Of a stretch of DNA of 64,000 bases, positions 57,843 to 64,000 are shown one piece after another. Every line of letters begins with the position of its first letter. Within the stretch, counting starts at the first letter, position 1. The position numbers and the translations under genes were made by a program. This stretch comes from Chryseobacterium gleum (lineage in GTDB: Bacteria > Bacteroidota > Bacteroidia > UBA10329). Location: contig CAMDOM010000002.1 of NCBI GenBank assembly GCA_945903645.1, positions 36,237 through 100,236 of the forward strand. Direction: 5' to 3'. The notes under the pieces are model-generated. The model was not told the origin of the DNA. It was given only the letters and a program-made list of their open reading frames with translations, and did no database searches.

Positions 57843-58358
57843 TTAACTGCCAGAACCTTTCTCGGTGATGCGTTTCAAATGGCTTTTAATGGAGCGCTGG
57901 CGGTGTAAATTTAACCTATCAATAAAGGTTTCTCCCTTCAAAAGTTCAATACCATGAAGCACCCAGCGCGCTGCACTTTCGGTGAAGATTTTGCTTTGCG
58001 GCCGCATCTTTTCATCCAAAAAAGAAACCTCCACAACCGAATGGCGCTCTATGCTTCCTTCGTAGTTGGGCACGCAAAGGTCAGACTCTAAGGCTGGAGT
58101 GAGGGGATTGATCAACGCCACTATTTCCGGGTTCACTAAAATTTGGGCCAACGACTGCCCTGTTTCATACTTATCATACTTGGTTTGAATAGACAGGACG
58201 CGCACGTTGACACCCACATGTTTTGCTGCAATGCACGGATGGCGCTGCTTTAGTTGCAGAGCTTGCATGGTTTTAAGCAAGTCGTCAATAGGTACATTTT
58301 TACCCACCGCAATGGCTTTGGTGCTATAAATAGGATCTCCAATAATGGGAACAATCAT
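57843..58358 (-). CDS. Peptide deformylase-like protein lacking catalytic motifs
   Basis: PDF scaffold (I..IGDP, NPEI, V.F.DE, AR, L.G..FIDRL) but GxGxAAxQ, EGCLS and HExxH are all replaced. Confidence 0.78.
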   Translation of the reverse strand: MIVPIIGDPIYSTKAIAVGKNVPIDDLLKTMQALQLKQRHPCIAAKHVGVNVRVLSIQTKYDKYETGQSLAQILVNPEIVALINPLTPALESDLCVPNYEGSIERHSVVEVSFLDEKMRPQSKIFTESAARWVLHGIELLKGETFIDRLNLHRQRSIKSHLKRITEKGSGS

Positions 58359-58425
58359 GGACTTAAGGTCAGCAGTTGGGCGCTAGTTTACCGGAATTGA
58401 GCTCGATTCAACGCCATTAAAACAA

Positions 58426-59868
58426 TTACCCATTCGCATAATTGCGCGCAAACTGATAGAGCAACCGCACGCCCACGCCCGTTGCACCTTTGACGCGGTA
58501 GTCGGTGTCAGACTCCATCATGCTTGGTCCAGCAATATCCAAGTGAATCCAAGGATAGTCGGTAAAATGGTGTAGGAATGTGGCGGCAGTAATGTTGCCT
58601 CCAGCCGCTCCGCCAATATTCTTAATGTCTGCCACATCGCTCTTGATAGCTTCGTGAAATTCGCGCCACATAGGGAACTCCATCAACCGCTCGTACACCT
58701 CTTCGCCACTGCGAATAAGCAGCTCTTTTTGTGGAGCCTTATCGGCACACATGGCGCTACCATGATGTGCCGTAATGCGAGCAGCAGCACCCGTAAGCGT
58801 AGCCAAATCAATGACCAATTCGGGCTCATATTGCTTGGCATAATGCAGTGCATCACCCAAAATCAAGCGGCCTTCGGCATCGGTATTTTGCACTTCTACC
58901 GTTGCACCACTCATCATAATCAGCACATCATCGGCCACAGTGGCTTGGCCATCTATGCGATTGTCGGTAGCGGGAATAAGCCCAACCACATGCACTGGAA
59001 GGCGGTTAGTGGCAATGGCAGTAATGCTACCAACCACAGCCGCAGCGCCAGCCATATCGCATTTCATGCCCTTCATATTGCCCCCGTGTTTGATGTCGTA
59101 GCCTCCAGTGTCGTACGTTACGCCTTTGCCCACAAACACCATGGGATGGCTGTTGATGGCACCATCCGGTTTGTATTCCAGAATGGTGAATGTTGGAGGT
59201 TCAACACTGCCTTTATTCACACCAAGAAGGCCGCCCATGCCCAATTTAATGATGTCTTTCTTGTCCAACACCTTCACCGAGAAATTAGACTTTTCGCCCA
59301 ACTTGCTTATGCGTTTGCTCAGTTCCGTAGCTGTGAGCACTGCGGGTGGTTCGTTCACCAAATCGCGGGTATAGCAGGTGGCAGATACAAGGTTTGCCAA
59401 TTCATCCAAATCATCCTGACCAATGGAAAGGTCAGACACATTAAGGGTTTTCAAGCTTGTTGGCTTGGCTTTATCGCCAGTTTTATAGCGCAAAAACTGA
59501 TAATTGGCCAAAGCCAAACCTTCGCACACTTGCAGAATGTATTCTTTCTTGATGCCACCGCTATTGATTAACGTGGCTTCGACAACACCATCTGTAGCTA
59601 GCAATGCCCGCACTTTAGCGCCCAAAGCGCGATAGGCTTGATTGCGATAACTGTTTTCCTCCTCCAATTTGGCTTTCACAACGATGATGGTACCCGTTTC
59701 AGTAGGCAACGTATAGACCAACTCATCTTTACCAATCTTCTCTTTCAATTTGGTAGCAATGCCTTCGGGCAATGCGATTCGCGCAATGTCGCCTTTTATA
59801 GCAATAAGGTGAATAACCACATCGCCTAGTACATTGGTGCTGGAAAATTGGATTGGAGAATACTTCAT
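58426..59868 (-). CDS. pepA: Leucyl aminopeptidase (M17)
   Basis: VGKGVTYDTGG, MK.DMAGAA, NTDAEGRL, DLATLTGA, HLDIAG. Confidence 0.95.
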   Translation of the reverse strand: MKYSPIQFSSTNVLGDVVIHLIAIKGDIARIALPEGIATKLKEKIGKDELVYTLPTETGTIIVVKAKLEEENSYRNQAYRALGAKVRALLATDGVVEATLINSGGIKKEYILQVCEGLALANYQFLRYKTGDKAKPTSLKTLNVSDLSIGQDDLDELANLVSATCYTRDLVNEPPAVLTATELSKRISKLGEKSNFSVKVLDKKDIIKLGMGGLLGVNKGSVEPPTFTILEYKPDGAINSHPMVFVGKGVTYDTGGYDIKHGGNMKGMKCDMAGAAAVVGSITAIATNRLPVHVVGLIPATDNRIDGQATVADDVLIMMSGATVEVQNTDAEGRLILGDALHYAKQYEPELVIDLATLTGAAARITAHHGSAMCADKAPQKELLIRSGEEVYERLMEFPMWREFHEAIKSDVADIKNIGGAAGGNITAATFLHHFTDYPWIHLDIAGPSMMESDTDYRVKGATGVGVRLLYQFARNYANG

Positions 59869-60053
59869 TTTCAGATAGTTTGGTTGTTGTTTTTAGGGCG
59901 CGCAAGGTAAGAAAGGGATATGAGTCGTGAAGTTCAAAAAACTGCGTAAAAGGGCTTAGAATTAACTGAACCTTGGATTCTCGACTTTTCACTTCAAAAA
60001 CTAGCCCACCCATTTTACATTATTCTCGTCCTTCAATTCCAATCCTTAGAGGG

Positions 60054-60061
60054 TATCTTTG
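60054..60061 (+). promoter_or_regulatory. -7 promoter element, near-leaderless transcript
   Basis: TATCTTTG ends 6 nt before ATG 60068. Confidence 0.6.
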
Positions 60062-60067
60062 CCGCCT

Positions 60068-61216
60068 ATGGAAACAATTACGTTATTAAAGGGAAAGGAA
60101 GTATCGCTACTACGCAGACACCAATGGGTGTTTAGTGGCGCAATAGGAAAAACATCAGCTAAGCCAACAAATGGTGCTGTGGTGCGGGTAGAAGCTGCCA
60201 ATGGTAGGTTTCTTGGTTTAGGCCACTATCATGATGGAAGCATAGCCGTGCGCATTCTCAGTTTTGAAGATCAGCCCATTGATGCTGCCTTTTGGAATCA
60301 ACGCCTAGCTGCTGCATTGCTTTTGCGCAACGCCACAAGCCTACCTTCTGCACAAACCAATTGCTTTCGCTTGGTGCATGGCGAAGGCGATGGCCTTCCG
60401 GGTTTGATTATAGATTTGTATGGAAAAGCTGCCGTTGTTCAGGCCCACACAGCGGCTATGGCCTTGGCTGCCGATAGCATTGGCTCAGCATTGCAGCAGC
60501 TGAAGGGTTTGACATTGGACACTATTTACTTGCGTGATATAGCCGGCAAGTCTGCCCGTTTTCTTATGGGTACCGCTGCCGAAAATGTGGTACTTGAGAA
60601 TGGACTTAAGTTTAAAGTAAATTGGGTGGAAGGGCAAAAAACAGGCTTCTTCCTCGATCAGCGCGACAACCGAGCGCTCCTAGCCGAAGTGGCAAAGGAT
60701 AGAACGGTGCTCAACACATTTTGCTACACAGGTGGATTCTCAGCCTATGCACTCAAAGCTGGAGCCACCAAGGTGGTAAGCGTGGATGTAAGTGCCAAAG
60801 CCGTTGCATTGGCAGAGGAAAATGTGGGACTGAACATAAAATCACCCAAAAACCATGAAGCAGTGTGTACCGATGCCTTCAAGTATTTGGAACATGCCGA
60901 AGGTTTCGACCTCATTATCCTAGACCCTCCCGCTTTCGCCAAAGGAATGAAGGCAAGGCATCAGGCTATTCAAGGCTACAAGCGATTGAACGAAATTGCA
61001 TTTAAACAGATTGCTCCAAACGGAATTCTATTCACATTTTCGTGCTCGCAAGTTGTAAGTCCCGAATTGTTTGAGAAAACAGTTTTCTCAGCGGCCATCA
61101 ATGCAGGTCGAGAAGTTCGAATTCTAAAACGACTTGGGCATCAGGCTGATCATCCTGTAAGTATTTACCACCCAGAAGGCGAATACCTAAAAGGACTCAT
61201 GCTATACGTAAGCTAG
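60068..61216 (+). CDS. rlmI: RlmI-family 23S rRNA m5C methyltransferase
   Basis: H.WVFSG PUA domain, GEGDGLPGL..D, GQKTGFFLDQR, F.YTGGF, DPPAF, SCS, YLK. Confidence 0.88.
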   Translation: METITLLKGKEVSLLRRHQWVFSGAIGKTSAKPTNGAVVRVEAANGRFLGLGHYHDGSIAVRILSFEDQPIDAAFWNQRLAAALLLRNATSLPSAQTNCFRLVHGEGDGLPGLIIDLYGKAAVVQAHTAAMALAADSIGSALQQLKGLTLDTIYLRDIAGKSARFLMGTAAENVVLENGLKFKVNWVEGQKTGFFLDQRDNRALLAEVAKDRTVLNTFCYTGGFSAYALKAGATKVVSVDVSAKAVALAEENVGLNIKSPKNHEAVCTDAFKYLEHAEGFDLIILDPPAFAKGMKARHQAIQGYKRLNEIAFKQIAPNGILFTFSCSQVVSPELFEKTVFSAAINAGREVRILKRLGHQADHPVSIYHPEGEYLKGLMLYVS

Positions 61217-61295
61217 AAAGGCGCTAAACATAATTCGTGAGTGCAAAAGCTTTGCGACTTATACATGTCCACTTACGCCTTATTCCTAGAGACTG

Positions 61296-62636
61296 ATGTC
61301 ACAATCCAATACTTCATACCGAAACATTTGGAAAGTTTCCTATCCGCTAATGCTGAGTGGATTGGCTATGACGGTTATTAACGTAACCGACATGGCTTTC
61401 CTTGGTCGGGTTAGCGAGGTGGCTTTGGGTGCCGTGGGTTTGGCAGGCATTTACTACTTCATTTTTTTGATGGCAGGTATTGGCATCGGCATTGGCGCTC
61501 AAATCATCATAGCTCGACACGATGGCGAACAACAGCCCGAGTGCATTGGCCCCGTTTTCGACCACCTATTGTATATAATGATAGCCATGGCGGGTTTGCT
61601 GTGGGTACTGTATACGCTGGTTACGCCTTCCATTTTGCGCTTGGTCATTACTTCTGATGCCATTTACCAGAATATTCTGCTATACATGGATATCCGGGTT
61701 CTTGGATTTTTCCCCACCTTTATTTTCTTAGCCTACCGCTCTCTACTTACAGGCATAAGCACCACCAAAGCAATTTCATATGCCTCGGGAATTATGGCGC
61801 TTAGCAATGTGTTTCTAAACTATCTGCTGGTCTTTGGCAATTGGGGTTTTCCACGCCTCGAAATAGAAGGTGCCGCTTGGGCATCACTCTTTTCAGAAAT
61901 AATTAGCCTCATCATTATTCTTGGATGGATGGCGTGGACTAAAAAAGGCGAGGCATTTGGCTGCCATCGCTTCCCAAAGCCTTCTCGGCCTATAACGCTT
62001 TCAATATTGCAACTTGGTGTACCTGTTATGCTTCAACATGTGGTGGCATTATGCTCGTGGTTGGCTTTCTTCACCATTATTGAAAGCATGGGCGAAAGGC
62101 AGTTAGCTATTTCAAACGTAGCCCGCAGCGTGTATTCCGTACTTATGATACCACTCATCGCCATATCTCAAGCCACCCAATCGCTAGTGAGCAACATTTT
62201 GGGACAAGGAAAACCCGAGCAACTTCGCCAGCTTATTTCGCGACTCGTTATTCTAAGTCTAGCATGCTCCACTGTGCTGCTGCTCGTCAACTTGATAAAT
62301 CCATTTTTACTGCTCAACATTTTTACCAACGACTCCTTACTCTCATCGGGCGCTATTCCTATTGTGTATGTGCTATCGGTTACAATCCTATTCTTTTCTG
62401 TGGCAATGACCTTATTATCCTGTGTTTCGGGCACTGGAGCGACCAAAATGGCACTTCTTATAGAAGTTACTACCCTAATCTTCTATCTCATTTTTGTGGT
62501 GTTTACAGTTAAAATTTGGCATTGGCCGCTTTACCTAGTTTGGTCAGCCGAATTCGTGTACTTCATTATTATAGGACTACTATCAGCCTTATATCTTTGG
62601 AGCGGAAGGTGGAAAACAGTGAAAGTGCATGAATAA
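61296..62636 (+). CDS. MATE family efflux transporter
   Basis: About 12 TM segments, D.AFLGR, N.FLNY.L.FG, G.AWAS, LG.P. Confidence 0.9.
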   Translation: MSQSNTSYRNIWKVSYPLMLSGLAMTVINVTDMAFLGRVSEVALGAVGLAGIYYFIFLMAGIGIGIGAQIIIARHDGEQQPECIGPVFDHLLYIMIAMAGLLWVLYTLVTPSILRLVITSDAIYQNILLYMDIRVLGFFPTFIFLAYRSLLTGISTTKAISYASGIMALSNVFLNYLLVFGNWGFPRLEIEGAAWASLFSEIISLIIILGWMAWTKKGEAFGCHRFPKPSRPITLSILQLGVPVMLQHVVALCSWLAFFTIIESMGERQLAISNVARSVYSVLMIPLIAISQATQSLVSNILGQGKPEQLRQLISRLVILSLACSTVLLLVNLINPFLLLNIFTNDSLLSSGAIPIVYVLSVTILFFSVAMTLLSCVSGTGATKMALLIEVTTLIFYLIFVVFTVKIWHWPLYLVWSAEFVYFIIIGLLSALYLWSGRWKTVKVHE

Positions 62637-63579
62637 GGAACGTATTGTATTTATGGGAACGCCCGAATTTGCTGTAGCATCTTTGGCTGCGTTAGTCAAT
62701 GCTGGCTGCACTATTGTGGGCGTTATAACCGCTCCAGATCGCGAAGCTGGCCGGGGAATGAAACCTCGACCATCGGCTGTAAAGGAATATGCCATGACTC
62801 AAGGGCTTCATATAATGCAGCCCACTAACCTAAAATCTGAAGTGTTTCTTGAAGAGTTACGGAGCGTGAAAGCTACGTTACAAGTGGTTGTTGCCTTTCG
62901 AATGCTACCCGAAGTAGTTTGGAATATGCCTGCGAAAGGCACGTTCAATTTGCATGCATCGCTATTGCCACAATATCGCGGGGCGGCACCTATCAATTGG
63001 GCTATAATAAATGGTGAGCGCGAAACGGGTGTCACTACTTTTTTCCTGCAGCAGCAAATTGACACAGGCAATATAATTCTACAAGAACAGCTGAGCATTG
63101 GAGAAAACGAAGATGCTGGAAGCCTCCACGACCGCCTAATGGCGCTAGGCGCACAATTGGTGGTAGAAACTGTGAACCGTATAGCCAACAACAAGGTACT
63201 GGCAATTCCGCAGCGTGCTTCGGGCGAACCGTTACGTGACGCTCCTAAAATCTTTAAGGAAACATGCACAATAAACTGGAATAAGTCAGCTAGCGAAGTA
63301 CACAACCATATTTGCGGCTTATCGCCCTATCCAGCTGCGCAAACGGTCTTTTTCAAAAACGACAAAGAATATCCCGTTAAGGTGTTCCGCACTGCCCTTT
63401 CGGTTTTCGAATCTAACACCGCTCGTATTGGTAGCTCACAAACAGATGGCAAATCATTTCTTCACATTCGGTGTTCGGATGCATGGATTTCGCTACTCGA
63501 ATTACAGCTAGCTGGCAAGAAACGTATGCCAATTTCCGAGTTTCTAAAAGGCTTTGATGCTACTGAAATGCAGACATAG
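62629..63579 (+). CDS. fmt: Methionyl-tRNA formyltransferase
   Basis: FMGTPEFA, NLHASLLPQYRGAAPI, TGVT, D.G, APKI, GLSPYP. Confidence 0.97.
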   Translation: MNKERIVFMGTPEFAVASLAALVNAGCTIVGVITAPDREAGRGMKPRPSAVKEYAMTQGLHIMQPTNLKSEVFLEELRSVKATLQVVVAFRMLPEVVWNMPAKGTFNLHASLLPQYRGAAPINWAIINGERETGVTTFFLQQQIDTGNIILQEQLSIGENEDAGSLHDRLMALGAQLVVETVNRIANNKVLAIPQRASGEPLRDAPKIFKETCTINWNKSASEVHNHICGLSPYPAAQTVFFKNDKEYPVKVFRTALSVFESNTARIGSSQTDGKSFLHIRCSDAWISLLELQLAGKKRMPISEFLKGFDATEMQT

Positions 63580-63650
63580 CGAAAAAAGCTAAGGGTTACA
63601 CGTAGCCAAGTATGCTCGAAAGCTATTAAAAACTCGATTTAACCCAGTGG

Positions 63651-63735
63651 TTATCAACAAAGGGCGACTTTTATCAACAAAATTGCATTTTAATTACGCA
63701 AAGCCGCACCGCATATGGGTTCGCGTCTATATTTG
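63651..63735 (+). promoter_or_regulatory. hup promoter with two TTATCAACAA direct repeats and -7 element
   Basis: TTATCAACAA at 63651 and 63671; TATATTTG at 63728-63735. Confidence 0.55.
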
Positions 63736-63773
63736 TCGCATAAATCATTGTTAAACTCATTAAAAACATTATC

Positions 63774-64000
63774 ATGAACAAAGCAGAACTAATTGAAGCA
63801 ATTGCAGCAGCAGCTGGTATTTCTAAGGCAGATGCCAAGAAAGCTCTTGATGCTTTTGTAAGCGCAACTTCAGGCGCGTTGAAAGCTGGTGGCCGTGTAT
63901 CTCTAGTAGGTTTCGGTTCTTTCTCAGTTTCTAAGAGAGACGCTCGTACTGGTCGTAACCCACAAACTGGCAAAGAAATTCAAATTGCAGCTAAAAACGT
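63774..64000 (+). CDS. hup: DNA-binding protein HU (3' truncated; absent from ORF track)
   Basis: [11 protein letters not shown]...KKALDAF...LVGFGSF...[17 protein letters not shown]. Confidence 0.96.
   Translation, partial: MNKAELIEAIAAAAGISKADAKKALDAFVSATSGALKAGGRVSLVGFGSFSVSKRDARTGRNPQTGKEIQIAAKN

Noticed and set aside
58654-59571. 305-aa plus-strand ORF
   Set aside because: Antisense shadow of pepA
63674-63973. 99-aa minus-strand ORF
   Set aside because: Antisense to the real hup gene, which the track missed because it runs off the window

Overview
64 kb of chromosome from a free-living Bacteroidota bacterium, probably Flavobacteriales-like. Support: TAnnTTTG -7 promoters, four T9SS C-terminal-domain cargo proteins, the bamD-rpoZ-coaC/B-DUF4835-recN block and a sulfonolipid-type PLP acyltransferase. 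The window starts inside dnaA and ends inside an HU gene. It holds about 55 CDS, mostly housekeeping and envelope genes. I saw no rRNA, tRNA, CRISPR, transposase, integrase or prophage. The most notable item is a five-heme c-type cytochrome with a T9SS export signal (55164-57110), a candidate surface or extracellular redox protein. It is divergent from a rhodanese gene; that gene and its convergent DUF2892 partner both carry a CRP/FNR-type box. Other notable items: an orphan Sau3AI-like cytosine methyltransferase coupled to a 4x25-aa repeat protein; a peptide deformylase paralogue that has lost all catalytic motifs; a miniature lipidated GldN-like protein; and a GC-richer lipid module (retinol-saturase-like oxidoreductase, AraC, SDR remnant, TonB receptor). 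Several features are missed or mis-called by the ORF track: three decayed pseudogenes, one frameshifted AGMO-like gene, two small lipoproteins and hup. All family assignments come from motif recognition by eye, not database searches.
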